DNA of 61,813 nt, filler included, from Bonamia ostreae (Eukaryota), in assembly GCA_040357525.1 (NCBI GenBank). It is 24 parts of 24 records of this genome, joined end to end, with 100 filler letters (N's around TTAATTAATTAA, not from the genome) between each part and the next. Parts side by side here need not be neighbours in the genome. Positions count along the whole stretch, not along the records: positions 1 to 2,497 come from JBDODL010000810.1; positions 2,598 to 5,093 come from JBDODL010000811.1; positions 5,194 to 7,689 come from JBDODL010000812.1; positions 7,790 to 10,282 come from JBDODL010000813.1; positions 10,383 to 12,875 come from JBDODL010000814.1; positions 12,976 to 15,467 come from JBDODL010000815.1; 18 more parts are not named here. One strand, written 5' to 3'. Positions 1-13,205 of the stretch are shown piece by piece. The translations under genes and the position numbers were made by a program. The notes under the pieces were generated by a model, which ran no database searches, was not told where the DNA came from, and saw nothing but the letters and a program-made list of their open reading frames with translations. The stretch's first letter is position 1. The number at the start of each line of letters is the position of its first letter.

Positions 1-1
1 T

Positions 2-521
2 TCCAAAGGTAAAGAGGTAACGAAAATAGAGTTCTCAAAAAATTCGAAGAAAATTTTGGTTTCGACGAATGATGACAGAATCCGATTGTTCGAAACTGGA
101 AAATTTGAATTGATAAAAAAATTAAAAGGGCATCGAAGCGAGCTATTTGTAGGTGGTTCATTCAGGTTCAAAATTATTTTGCTGAATATCCCAATTAAAT
201 TTTGCTTCATTTAACAAAAACAACTAAAGTAACGAAGAAAAAATCATAATAAGCGGGTCGAAAAACGGAAAAATTTATTTGTGGGGCCAACAAAAATCCG
301 AAAAAGCTTACGAAAGCATTATTGAACAAGATCAAGTGCTCACAAACGCAATTTTTGCTCCAAAAGAATCTGTAAATTTTGCTCAAGAAGAAAGCGATAA
401 AATAAACAACCATTTTGAAATGGTTTTTGGTGAATTCAAGCCTCGCGATAAAATCAATTTGATTATTGTCGCAACCAATTCAAAAGGGTTTGTCAAAATT
501 TTTGAAACTAAATATTGCTAA
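2..521 (+). CDS. WD40-repeat protein C-terminus (WDR44-like), 5'-partial, intron 166-229
   Basis: The spliced translation ...ILVSTNDDRIRLFE..LIKKLKGH..GGSFS|NEEKIIISGSKNGKIYLW resembles the last WD repeats of the WDR44 family. Confidence 0.7.
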
Positions 522-700
522 ATTTAGCTTTAATAATTGCAAAATTTTTGTTTAAAAATTACAATCCGGCCAAAGTCTTTAAGAATAAAAATTTTCTTAA
601 AATCAGTTTTATTTAGACTTTATTTTGTTGTATTTAAGTGATCATTTTCAGTTTTAAGATTTGCGTTATTTTTGTAAATAAAAAATTTCAATTTTTTTAT

Positions 701-1440
701 TCAACAACATGAAGAATTTGTTACTTCCGCATTATCGAAGTCAATGTCCATATCTTCATTCCTTCCAATCGATTGATCTATTTTTTCCAACACGTTCGAT
801 TTTAATAGCTTTCTAGTTATCATCATAAACATCTCATTTACTTTTTCGTCAGTCATTGCCGAAGCTTCTATAAAAATAACATTTAATGAGTTCGCCAGTT
901 GTTCTCCTTCCTTTTTGTTCAATATTGTCGTTTAAATTAATAAAAGATTACTTCAGTTGATACTTCCCGAGCGTCGCCTTGGTCAACTTTGTTGCCAACT
1001 ATTACTATCTCCACTTCGTTGGAACCATGCACATCTATTTCACTCATCCAACTTTTGACGTTTTCAAAAGATTCTCTCTGTGTGACGTCGTAAACTATTA
1101 TTATTCCATGAGCGCCTCTGTAATAAGAAGACGTTATCGTTTTGAACCTTTCTTGTCCAGCTTTAAATATAATCGATTGTTGTCAAGAACCTGTGTCCCA
1201 AATCTGAAGTTTTACATTTTTGTCGTCAACTTTCGTCTTTTTTATCTTAAAGTCGACTCCGATGGTCGAAATAAAAGACTTCTCGAAACTGCCATCCTAA
1301 ATTTTTAAAAATAGCGAATTGAAGAAATTTGCTTTATGGAAATTTTTCGTTACCGTAAACCGAAGCAAGAGACTGCTCTTTCCTACGCCGCTGTCACCAA
1401 TGAGAAGCAGTTTATACAAAAGCTCGTTCTGATTAGCCAT
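701..1440 (-). CDS. RAB1: Rab1-like small GTPase; introns 1297-1353, 1161-1190, 911-951
   Basis: The spliced ORF has [47 protein letters not shown] and a C-terminal CC prenylation motif. Confidence 0.93.
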
Positions 1441-1803
1441 AAAGTTTAAATATATTTATTTATGATAACGCTTATTAAATACATTTATTTATTTTCTCAT
1501 TTTTACATTAGGATTTTTGAAGCTTTATAATTTATTTTTGTTCTCGCCAAAGAAAGTTTTTCGATTCCAGGAATTTTTGAGACAATGGAATTTTTGAACT
1601 TGTGAAAAATGGAATTGATTTTAGAGAACATCAAGATTTTTGAAATTCCAAAAATGGAATTGATTTTAGAGAGAAAAAAGTGATTAAAATCATTAAAACG
1701 ACAAATCTTAAATTTACGATCAAATTTACGAAACTGCTTAAAGCATAAACGCAAATTTCTAAAAATCGCAAAATTTTTAAGATTTGAAGAATGGAAAATA
1801 AAA

Positions 1804-2313
1804 TCACTTGTTTATGCCAAAAAGCCTTACATGATACATTAACGGCAACTTCGCTACAAGCAAAACCGCCAGAATTGAAAAATTGACAAACAAATAGATT
1901 TTGTTCCAGTCGGTCTCATATGTCGCCAACAAGAAACTTTTTTTAAAAAATAAGCTTTGCTAAATATCGTGGTTTAACATTAAAATAGGAACAAGTGTCA
2001 GCAATTTTCTTGTTTTTGTGTATTGAACTCCGTAGTCGATTTGTTCCCAAAAAGTCAAATCCTCGAACTTTCCTTGATCTTCCAAAGATGGCGTACCTTT
2101 GCTCCAATGTAACATGAAAAATGTTATCTGTTCCAAACAGTATTTTTTATCTTTAAAAAAAACTATCGAATGGAGTACTCCGACTAATGTCCAACCATAT
2201 TTCTCCGAACTGGGCATATACCACAACAGTATCCGCGTTATCGCTATAAGCAGAATATAGAAACAGAAAAACGATTTTGTTCCTATAAATTCGACATTTT
2301 TGTTCAATATCAT
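1804..2313 (-). CDS. ORMDL: ORM1/ORMDL sphingolipid synthesis regulator; two introns (first 2128-2163)
   Basis: WTLVGVLHSI|ITFFMLHWSKGTP, LTFWEQIDYGVQYTKTRKLL and a last exon ending AKLPLMYHVRLFGINK. Confidence 0.92.
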
Positions 2314-2497
2314 TAAAGCTTGTTTAATGGCTTATCTGATAGTTTATAATTAGGTGATATATTAAAAGTTTAGAAATGAATTTTAGTGGCGATATTGTTG
2401 TTTTGGGACTATTAATTTTTTGTATCGAATTTTATTATTTTGCAAAATTTTGCAAAGCGTTGATAAAACTTTAGAGAAAGTTAAAGTAAGTCAAATA

Positions 2498-2597
2498 NNN
2501 NNNNNNNNNNNNNNNNNNNNNNNNNNNNNNNNNNNNNNNNNTTAATTAATTAANNNNNNNNNNNNNNNNNNNNNNNNNNNNNNNNNNNNNNNNNNNN
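2498..2597. other. Artificial contig-joining spacer (N-run + TTAATTAATTAA + N-run), first of 23
   Basis: The same six-frame-stop 12-mer sits inside N runs at about 2542, 5138, 7734, 10327, 12920, 15512, 18101, 20689, 23276, 25861, 28443, 31023, 33602, 36180, 38758, 41333, 43907, 46480, 49048, 51615, 54179, 56742 and 59300. Contig lengths fall steadily from about 2.50 to 2.46 kb. Confidence 0.98.
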
Positions 2598-4921
2598 GAA
2601 ACTGAAACTCTGTTACAATTGTTGCCATTGAAGACACATGATTATATACTGATCGCTTATGTCTTTGTAGAATATATCATGTAATCACTTCTTTCAAAGT
2701 TGGTGGCACAATATACATTTACATTATTCAAACAAAGCAGGATACAATTCAAGTAATAAAAATAACATGTAACATTCAGCTCTAGGTTTTCTTATGTACA
2801 TGAATGATACAGTGTGTATAGGATTTGTGATTTGTTCTGGCATCGAAACTTATGTTGAGAATAACGTTTACATGTGCATGTACATATTTGTCTGCATAGA
2901 CCACACACGGGGATGTAGGTTGAAGAGGAAAGTTTAGTGGGTCGGATCCCCATTATAATTTACAAAGGATATATCTCTAATATTTATTTAGAAATAGCTA
3001 TTACATTTGTGCTACAAGTAAGGCCAGCAAAAATACATGTAATACATGTAATTACATGTCTGTACAGTTTGTTCTCAAAGGATGTATACTGGGAAATTTT
3101 GTTTGATATAGTTTGTTCACTCACATTTTACATAGTTACCGGGATTTTATACTAACAAGTTATTCACACTGAATGTTTTAACACAGCTTAGGAATGAAGA
3201 TATCAATATTTTCACCTCTTATTTTTTTGCCAACAACAAACTTCTGGACAATGTACCATTTTCGGGTTGGGTTGATGCAACCTTAAAAGTTGACTTCACA
3301 AACGTCTTCAAATTTTCAGAAGCAGAAAAAAAAACTTAGAGGAAGTTCCTTTGCCCTAACTTTAAAATAATAAATCGGGGGTTGGAGCCATTCATCAGGT
3401 CAAATTCACACTCTTACCTTTAAATAGTATTATTGATATAGTTTGGGTAGCGGATCAGGAAGAGTTTATTACTTTGCATGTCAAAATAACTAACTTCGGT
3501 TATACAATTAACGGAAAATCGACGTGATCAAAAGGTGGATGGAGCATGTCAGGAATATCCCTGATTTTGTTTACCTGAAGTAAATCTTTAACCGACAGTG
3601 TTGTACGCTACTGCACGGTAGTAAAGTAATTGACTTTGGTACATTTTGTTCGCCATTAGTATATATGAATTTTATCATTATATCATTAGAAGAAAATATT
3701 TTGAAATTGACAGAAAAGAAATTGTATAGTCATTTCTCAGGCAAAGAAACCGAAGAATATTTCAATGAAATCTTTGGCTAAATCAGGCACGTATACATGT
3801 AGCAAGGAAAAAAGGTGTACCCCATTTTTTTGACAATATACGTTCCCCATTCTTCAGGCCTAAACTATTTTCACATACAAAGATCGTTATGAGTTACAAG
3901 CAAAGTTTGATTCACTAGATATTCTCCCACTTTATTCAATCACCACCTCTCCACGAATTACCAGTTTGAGCTGAAATGTTTTAATGTTTGTTTTTATCTC
4001 AAGAGTTTTTACGTGCAAAATGTTCGACCCCTGAAAAAAACACCTGAATCTGCACATGGACCATAACTGAATGTAGAAAAAGATTTCATGTATGTTCAGT
4101 AACACGATACTTTGAGATATCATTTGTTTACGTATACACGGTAGGTCATCAACGCTCATTACACTTTGAGTAAGCGAATAGCTGGAATAAAACTATTGTT
4201 TATCCACTGAATGTAATCAAAACGGTTGTCATTATTTTTATATGCATTGTGTTTTGCCTAAAGAATTTCCTCGTCATACTATGTTTTCGAACAAGTCATA
4301 AAGAATTACATCATTGATCACAGTTATGCTATTTTCAGTTAAATATATTTACATTGTTGTTTATAAAATACAACGATGACAGTCCTTGTTTTAAAACATG
4401 TGTATCATAAGCATAGGGACAACGCTGCTACGTGCATTCATAACTATAATGTTCATTTTATCGAATTTTTAAAATGAAAACTTAGCTTGGACACATCGTT
4501 ATGTGTTATTTTAAATCCATACAAAAACATAACATGTTAATCAAAGTTTGGTACACGTACATGGATATCGCCTTATAGAAAACTTTATTTGATCGTGTCG
4601 AAAACAAAAAATTCTATGAAAATGTGAATTATCACTCCTCTTTCAGATTCTAGATTTATGAGAAAACGTTCGTTTCCAAAACAAAATTTCCATATGGAGG
4701 GTATTTCGAACAAATAATTTCGACTCTCAAACTGAAGATAATGTATTTCCGTTTTTACATGCAGAAAGGACCAATTTCTATGCATACTTAACCACACACA
4801 TTAATGGCAAGCTTTTCATTTCAAGACAGTTTTCATTTTCTGAGATTTATCCGTAGAAAGCAAATGTGAGAGTACTTTCATATGAAATAATTTTCTTTTT
4901 CTTTTTTCTAACATATTTTAG

Positions 4922-5083
4922 AGATCAATTCAAGCATCGGATGTCAACGTCTCCATGACCAACGAAGAAGCAACAGATTTTTGTGAAAGTTTTATGAATA
5001 GATCTGCAGCATTTAAAGCTTGTAGGGAAATTCCAAATGTGTTTCCATCAAATGCTATTTCTAACTGCATCGCTGATATACAG
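4922..5083 (+). CDS. Single internal exon, probably von Willebrand D/EGF (VWDE-like) protein, host-type contig
   Basis: The exon EEATDFCESFMNRSAAFKACREIP..AISNCIADIQ follows a pyrimidine tract + TAG and is followed by GTGA. The Cys spacing resembles the domain after VWD. Confidence 0.5.
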
Positions 5084-5480
5084 GTGAAATCATNNNNNNN
5101 NNNNNNNNNNNNNNNNNNNNNNNNNNNNNNNNNNNNNTTAATTAATTAANNNNNNNNNNNNNNNNNNNNNNNNNNNNNNNNNNNNNNNNNNNNTTTTACG
5201 AAAAAAAAATCAGAAAAAACATTGTTTGTTTGCTAAAACCAAAATTTGATCCATATTGATCAATTTCATCGCGGGAAACCAATTTTTCGATTATTTTCGG
5301 ATTATTAAAAGCTTTAGATTCTCGTAATTTTTGATTGTAACTGACTCCATTTTCGTCAAAATTTTTCGATAAATTTTTTAAAAAATCCTAAATTGACATT
5401 AGACATTTTTAAAATAAACATTATTTTTAATCATTCTGATTTTTTGGGCTTCCGTAATAACTTTTCTGGAAGAAACTGAA

Positions 5481-5726
5481 TCAGCCAACGCTTTGGCTAA
5501 TTTGAAAAACAACAAAACCTTCTTCTAAAGAAAAGACATTTCCGGCAAATTTAAGGTCGTTTGGATCGACTTTGTTAGTTGTTTTCATACTTTCGAATGA
5601 AGCGATGTCGTTTTCGAGCATATCCAAAATCTCATTTGTGCTGTCTTTTGTATTCTCGTCGTCGTTATCTGAATCGCCATAATCAACTAATTTCAATTCT
5701 GTTTTGTTATGCGATTTTAAGCTCAT
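5481..5726 (-). CDS. Hypothetical acidic protein, first exon (3'-partial)
   Basis: ATG-initiated ORF MSLKSHNKTELKLVDYGDSDNDDEN... with a TTTAGC motif 11 nt upstream. No family recognised. Confidence 0.5.
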   Translation of the reverse strand: MSLKSHNKTELKLVDYGDSDNDDENTKDSTNEILDMLENDIASFESMKTTNKVDPNDLKFAGNVFSLEEGFVVFQISQSVG

Positions 5727-5864
5727 AATTTCTTTTTGCTAAATTTAGTTTAGCTTTTTATATATAATTTGATTTGATCGAGCTTTAAATTCGTCTTTTT
5801 GAAATCAAAAATGTCTTTGATTTTTCTGATTTTGTTTGCAAAACAAGATAACATTCAGTCGATT

Positions 5865-7689
5865 TTATTTACTGCTCCTATTTTTCATCTTTTCTCTAAT
5901 TTGATCAAATTTCTTTTTAAAATTTTCTTCTTCTTCGTTTATTGTAAAATTTTCTTTGCAAATTTTCTCTTTTATATCTTCAAAATTAATTTTGTCTCTT
6001 TTCTTATCGAGATTTTTAATGATTTCTTTGTGATCGTTGTCATCAAAATCATTGTTATTTTTGCAGTAAATGATTTGCTCTTTTTTATCGAGCGATTTTT
6101 TGCCATTTTTTTCTTTGTTACGATTAAACAGAGAATCCCCATTTTCGTCAAAACTTATATCCAAATCGTCTTTGTTACCACTAAAATATTCACCAAAATC
6201 GTCAATTTTTTTGGAGTTGCCACAATCTTTTACATCCAAAATCTCATCGCTGTTACCACAAAAGTCGTCATCAAAACTGTTACTACGCAAATTTTCCTTC
6301 AAAACAAAATCGAATTTAGTCAAATCGAGTTTAAAAACGTCGGGGAGACGAAAATCAGTTTCGTCGAATAAATTTTCGATTTCGAAAAACTGTTTTTTCG
6401 GGATAAAACCGTTTTCCAAAATCTGTTTCAACGCAAAATCAAAATTGTCGCTGTTTCCGATTTTGCAAATAAAAAATTTTAGTTTTTCTTTAAAATCTTC
6501 GAACAATAAAAAGTTTTTGAAAAAAATTGCAAAATTTGGGGAAAACGGCAAATTTGCAAAATTGCCCTTTTCGGCAAATTTTGTTACAGCCAAAATCGCC
6601 AATTTTTTGTCGTTTGCATTGCCATTTTCGAAAAATTTTGCAAAGTGTTTTTCGAAGCAGATTTTGTGTTTTGCGATATCATTTGAAAGTTGAAAAATTT
6701 TGTGAAAAATTTTTATTTTTTGACTGTTTTCGACTTTCTCGATTTTTATCAATGTTTTGATTATTTTGTCTTTTCAAAAATTTGTTTTAATGTACCTGTT
6801 TCACTGAGACAAATTTTTTTGTTTTTTTGTTTGCATAAATCTAATATCGCTGTGATGCACTTTAATGTCGTTTTTAAAGAGTTTTTGTTGTTTTTCATTG
6901 TTTTTGAGAATCTGAAAATTTTAAATTGTTAAAATTCAGTTTTCAAAAGATTTAAAAACAAATCGAAAAATGGTCCAATTTTAGTCAAAATATTGTCAGA
7001 ATATTTGTCAATGTTCAATTTTAACAATTTGACTCCTTTTGTTTGATTTTCGTCGTTATCCGAAGAAATTGACGAAAAGATGTCATCGAAAAATTTATCA
7101 TTTTTGTTTTCGGTCAATTTTTCGCTATTTTTTTTCTTTTCATTTTCGACATTTTTTTCAAGATTTTTTGTTTCTGAAGATGAAAATTCTCCATTTTCGT
7201 ACAATTTTTTAAAAATCATTCTCTTTTCAGTCGAAACAGAATATATTATCGTTTTAAAAAAGTTTTCTCCAACAGTTTTCATCGATTCTTTTATTATCTT
7301 TCAAAATTTTGATATTTTGAAATAAAAAATTGCAATGAAAAAATTGCAATGAAAACTTTCGTAGAGATTTTGGTCAAATTTTTTTCTGCTAAATTTAGTA
7401 GAAAAGATTTTGACATGTTTTTAATGATTTTTTCTTTGTGCAAAATGTTTTTGGAAAGTTGTTCGAGACAAATTTTGTAAAGATAATTTTTTGAATTTTG
7501 GGAATATTTTTTGTCTCTCAATTTTGTTGCAAAATGTCTTTTATAAATAAAAAAATTTACCTTGAAAAATAGATAAAGTCGATTTTTTCTATTAATTTTT
7601 CAATCTTTAAATTGTTTTTTGTTAAATTTATCAATTTTATTGATTCGCGTCAAAAATTTTCATAACAAATCGAAAATTTGATAAAACAA
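5865..7689 (-). CDS. Large hypothetical protein, 5'-partial, interrupted by introns or frameshifts
   Basis: Consecutive same-strand ORFs 7294-7521, 6929-7282 and 5865-6752 with protist-like K/N/F-rich composition. Confidence 0.5.
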
Positions 7690-8191
7690 NNNNNNNNNNN
7701 NNNNNNNNNNNNNNNNNNNNNNNNNNNNNNNNNTTAATTAATTAANNNNNNNNNNNNNNNNNNNNNNNNNNNNNNNNNNNNNNNNNNNNAAGTAATGATA
7801 TGGAAGCGGAAATAGAACAATGGTAAGTTGTTTGAAGTTGATCCTCGGGTTTGATGGTGAACATTTGATATCCATTTTGAATTTTGTGCGTGAGAGGCTA
7901 TAACAAGACTTTCTGATACTTCAAATTAAGTATGCAGAAATATTTATCACATTGTGTCTCTTGTTTTACATCCCATTTGTGTATATTTACGCACAAAACG
8001 ACATTCATTTTTGACGGTTGACCCATGTTTGACACTCTAGGACGTAGAAGTGGGAGTTCCTTATCATTCGAACGTGATCTTAATTTCTAAATCCTTAGCA
8101 GTGAGTGTTCTGTATAATTTTAAAAGGTAAACATAATGAACAGCGATCAATTTCAAAATTCGTGCAAAGAATACAAAATCAGGAGGAAGTC

Positions 8192-8310
8192 AAACACGGA
8201 TCCCTAGATATACCAGGAGTGATCAGGTGCATAGGAGGAGTAAGCATCCCTCGTCGACCCGTTACACTCACCATGAGCCCTTTGTCGTTATCAAGTAAAC
8301 GGAGATCATT
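8192..8310 (+). repeat. Bivalve-type interspersed repeat (probable retroelement end); a second degenerate copy at about 10197-10282
   Basis: Both places share the core ATCAGGTGC...GCAT..CC.GTCGACC...TATC..ATCA..TAAA. It resembles a repeat I recall from oyster genomes. Confidence 0.55.
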
Positions 8311-10382
8311 GTTCGTTATCTTCCCTTCCTCATAATAATTCAGTATCCAGCCTTTCAAATGATGTATTTTTCATCTTTGTATCTACCTGCATGGATATCT
8401 AAAGAAAGTTAAGCTTATTGAGCAGGAAAGAGTATACACTTTGTTGTCTCGTACGTACGGCAACGCCGTTTGTAGGATATGTTCCTGAATGACACTATAG
8501 TTCATTACCCCCGACATTTAACGATTTTCACGATAGGACTGATAAACGGAAAACAACACGAGTATTACACAACTTGGGAAAACATAATCTCTGTTGAGTT
8601 CTGAACTGACATAAATTCAACTAACGATACTCAACTCCACGATTAAAGAAAAATCTGATAGAAATGTTGTAAACTTAGAAGCAATTTGAAGAGAACGAAA
8701 ATTTAAGTCCCTTTAAAGGATTTAAGCATTTATTATAATTGTATCAAAAACGTATATCCAAAAAATGTATTTGGAAAGTACATATAGTATGCCTATGAAT
8801 AAAGGCATTTTCTCTCTAATTTGCTGTGTTTTGTAATTAAAAAAATGTTGTTTTGTTTTCAAAGATCATTTATTGCTTACTAGAAACTGGGCAGTTTAAT
8901 TAGATACTCAGCATGACCAGGTATGTGGATAAATCAACGACTTAGTCACCTACCCTACATTTAGTTAAAGGTTTTCAGTAATTGAAGAAGCTAATTCAAT
9001 TCCTTCTAATATGTTTCCTATAAACGTATGTATAAATTGATGCAGGTATATTGACTTACTCTTTAGGACATAAACAAATCCCATATGACAGTTGTATCCT
9101 CGCACAAAGTTGTAATGTATATGAATCTACATGATAATGCAACCTTGGTTTACCCTTCAAATGTCCTGTAGGTACAATGTACATGTATATCTATAAATGA
9201 TTCATATTATAAAACTTTTACTGTACCTGTTTTGATGCAAAATATGAGCATTTCGACAAATTATCCCTTCACATATCTATTACGCATATTGTGCTTTAAA
9301 TATAATTCTTATTTATTTGATAAAATATATAAGGTATGTATGTGTCATTAGAAAAAAAGCGTTACTAGGGGAAATTGTTTTGTTAGTTTTAATCTTTGAC
9401 CATTCCTTGGTTTAAATTTCATCCATGTATCTACAGTGTTACCTGTCACGCTATTCATGCATGTTGCCTATCGTGCATTACCTATTCACACAGTTTATAT
9501 TTTCGGTGCACAAGAATATCTAGCAGATTAAATTACAGATATCTAACTTTTGCAACTATTCAAGGCTACACACTTTTTTCAGCAGTACTTGTGATACTCA
9601 GTTATCAATGATTCATAATGGTTGTTTCTAAAAACGTAGATGGATTACTTTGGAGTTATTAAAAAATTCTCGATTTGCTATTCAAAAACATATTGGATGT
9701 TTTGCCAAAACCACAGTGACATCTTAATAAAGTCAAACTTGTCATCCAGAAAGCAATCATCTAGACTGGAGGACTACCTATTTTATATCCAATTTGATCT
9801 GATATTGGAAATACCGATCTTTGAAAATAAGCTCATACGAAACAGAAACACAGTTTGCGAGAAGATATTCTTTTACAACTACAACTAAGCTGACCAAGGT
9901 AAAGGTAAACATTCAATTGTCGAATAATTCCGTAATGCATTAGAAGCTTAAACGTATAGCATAGTTTCCTTTTGATTTTACAATCTGTATAACATTGAGT
10001 AAAGGTTGTTTGATAAAGGTCAAGGTTAGTAGTACACAAATGTCTATTTCACAGTTACCATATACATGTAATTGTTTGTTACTATTTGTAATCCTTACTT
10101 TAAATTCAATGTAAAACGTGAAAATAGCATACAGTGTCTAATCTCAGCAATCCTATAAATATGTAAAAAGAATATCAGGGCAAACATGTACTCTTAGAAA
10201 CACAAGAGGTGGAATCAGGTGCTTAATAGCTTTGAGGCATATCCCGTCGACCAGCACCTATATCTTTATCAGATAAATCCGTNNNNNNNNNNNNNNNNNN
10301 NNNNNNNNNNNNNNNNNNNNNNNNNNTTAATTAATTAANNNNNNNNNNNNNNNNNNNNNNNNNNNNNNNNNNNNNNNNNNNN

Positions 10383-10684
10383 AATTTAAGATTTTTGACA
10401 TCGGAATTCAACACAAAATTTAATAAAAACTTGACATTCGATTCAGTGAATATGCCTGGATCAGACATGATAGTTTATTTAATCATTTGAAGCTTTCGAA
10501 ACAAGTAAACTCTGTAGATTGCGGAGTTTATCTTTTAGAATATATCGAACGATTTTGCAAGGCGCCTTTTGTCGACACGACGACAAGAGAATCGCTGGGC
10601 AAATATTTTTTCACGCCGCAATATATCATCGAAAAAAGAAACAAAATTCTCGATCTCATTTTTAAGCTCAAAAGGGAAGAATGA
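10383..10684 (+). CDS. Ulp1/SENP (C48) SUMO protease C-terminus, 5'-partial; 20-nt intron 10473-10492
   Basis: KQVNSVDCGVYLLEYIERF matches the Q-x-N-x-x-DCG catalytic Cys motif. Confidence 0.85.
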
Positions 10685-10985
10685 AAATTTTCAAATTTTT
10701 CCAGATTATTCCAGATTATTGCGATTTTCAAATTTTGTCAAAATTTTTGTTATTAAAATCGTAATTTCCGAAGCTTAATGTCTCTCTTGAGATTAAAAGT
10801 TAACATTGCGTCGGCATCATTGCACTTCGTTCCTTCCGTGACATAATTCAAATAGCAAAAATAAAAAAAACGCAAATTGCAAAATTATAAAAATGCAAAT
10901 AGTTTAAAAATCCACCAAAAAACTGTTAAACGCTGCTCATATAATAATTACAAACGTTTTTAGCTTTTCCTATAAAAATTTCGAA

Positions 10986-12824
10986 ATGCCGGACAAGCTT
11001 TTTGAGAACATAAATGAAAATCCGGTAGAAGAAGTGATAAAGTTGATAAAAAAGAACAAAAATATTGACGCGGAAAAAGACAAAAATGCCCCTTATTTTT
11101 ATAAAATTGGAGAAAATGGTTCGACAAAGCGAGAAAATGTGTACAACAATTATGACCACCAAATTAGTTCCTTTGTCGAAAACAAACGCATTTCAGACAT
11201 CCCCAAATTTGGAAAAATAAAACAATTTAACAAAGATCAAGATACAATCGACATGTTGAACAAATATCACCAAAAACAGTTTCAACGCAAGTTTAAAACG
11301 GACCATCCGAAATCTAAGAAAAATCTGCCCAGAAATACTAAAAAAAAGTTTTGTTTCTCAATTTATAAAAATTATATTTAAGTCGCTACAATGCAAATTA
11401 TTACAAACATTTTTACCAAAACATCAACAACACCGAAACGAACTATATTAAACGCGAATTTTCAATTGACGTAAATGACTTTGGAGAACAAATTAAAATT
11501 TTCGATTTTGATTATTTGAACAGTTTGAAAATAAAACTAAAGGATCTTACTGAAGAAAGAATGTTTCCAATAATTAATAAAATTTTAATTTTATTCAAGC
11601 GGTTTCAAAGGAACAGTTTACAGTTTTGACAAATCAGTTGAAAAGATTTCTCCCCAAAATCGATTGAAATTGCAAAATTCTCCGTTAAAAAGTTCAAAAT
11701 TGCATACTCGTTACGAAATCGAAGAAGATTCAATTATCGAAGACAATTTGGACAAAGCCGATATTTTTATTTCCGACTGTTTGGCTAATTACGATTAAAG
11801 ACTAATTTTAACTTTAATAATTTTGATTTTAATTAATTTGGATTTTGAAGTATTGTTGGCGACGATAATGACAGCAACCAAATCTTACATGGGATGGGAC
11901 ATAATTGTGAAGAAAAAAGACGACAAATTGTTTTTCTATAAACGAAGGGAATCGGATGTCGGTTTTTCCAATAAAAATTATCTAAAATTGATATTACAGA
12001 AAAAGAGTTTTGTATGAACACAAAATCGAAAACAGAAGATTTGCTGTCAAAAACAAAGGAATCGTCAAAAATCAACGACAATTTTATTTTCTCCTCTTTG
12101 AATTCCAACGAGCAACTGAAATTCGATCCAAATTCGCAGAAAAAATTTGACCATCTTATTACAAAACCAACCAAAAACTCAACCGAAAACAAAAATTCAA
12201 CCGAGAAAAAATTGCCAAATTATGAAAAAGCTTTCCAATATAAAATTTTTGGTATCTCTGAAAACACCAAAATTCTTGTAAAATGTCAAATCGACACTTT
12301 TGTTAAAAATGAGTCATTAACCAAAAAAGAAAAAACTTTTGATGATATCCATTTACTATCATTGAAGGCTTTAAATGAATATGAAGAAGCCGATTCGGCG
12401 AATAGTTGGAGATGCAGATTAGACAATCAAAAAGGGAGTGTCTTGGTGGATGAAGTGCGACAGAACAATTTCAAAATCGCAAGATGGGCTGCACAAGCGC
12501 AGATCGGTGGGATTGACCAGATAAGAATCGGGTTTTAGTTTGATAAACAAAAACTGTAAAGATTTGTGTCTCGGAGTAAAAATAAAAAACCGTTTGATCA
12601 CTTTGCTCAAGCGACGATAAAAGAGTCTCCGGTTAATTTGATGAGTCAAATGGGCATTTATAAAAGCAATTTGTGGGCTATTTTTAAAGAAATCGCTGAT
12701 TTTGCCATGGAAAATCTCGAAAACGACAAGAAATGCATTTTAGTTAAAGATCCAAACAATGTTTTTTTTCTCAATTAATGATTTAAAGGATTGTTTACTG
12801 CTATTCGAAAAAACTGCAAAATAA
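10986..12824 (+). CDS. EIF3D: Translation initiation factor eIF3 subunit D, multi-exon (e.g. introns 12532-12561, 12761-12788)
   Basis: LATIMTATKSYMGWDIIVKK, WRCRLDNQKGSVLVDEVRQNNFKIARW..QIRIG|FVSR and ILVKDPN match eIF3d motifs. Confidence 0.88.
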
Positions 12825-13205
12825 ATATCACGTTGTTAATGTCGACTAAAATTGCAAATTAACAGCCGAAAATATNNNNNNNNNNNNNNNNNNNNNNNNN
12901 NNNNNNNNNNNNNNNNNNNTTAATTAATTAANNNNNNNNNNNNNNNNNNNNNNNNNNNNNNNNNNNNNNNNNNNNAAATTGATAAAATCACAAAAATTGT
13001 AATTTTGAATTTTTGAACTTTCATAAGTCGCTTGTTGCACATTATTATTTCCATACAATTTTTGATTTTCTTTAAAGATATTTTCTTGATGATTTTCTTC
13101 ATCAGATTCTTCCGAAACAGGTTCATTTTCAGATTTTTCTTTTAATATAATAAATTCTTCTTCGCTCAATTCTTCGGGTTTCAAACTTTCCATTGTTTCT
13201 TCTGG

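Noticed and set aside
5799-6693. Long antisense or overlapping ORFs (e.g. 5799-6371, 6070-6693, 32368-32874, 47882-48565)
   Set aside because: They are shadow frames of real genes on the opposite strand, with no recognisable motifs.
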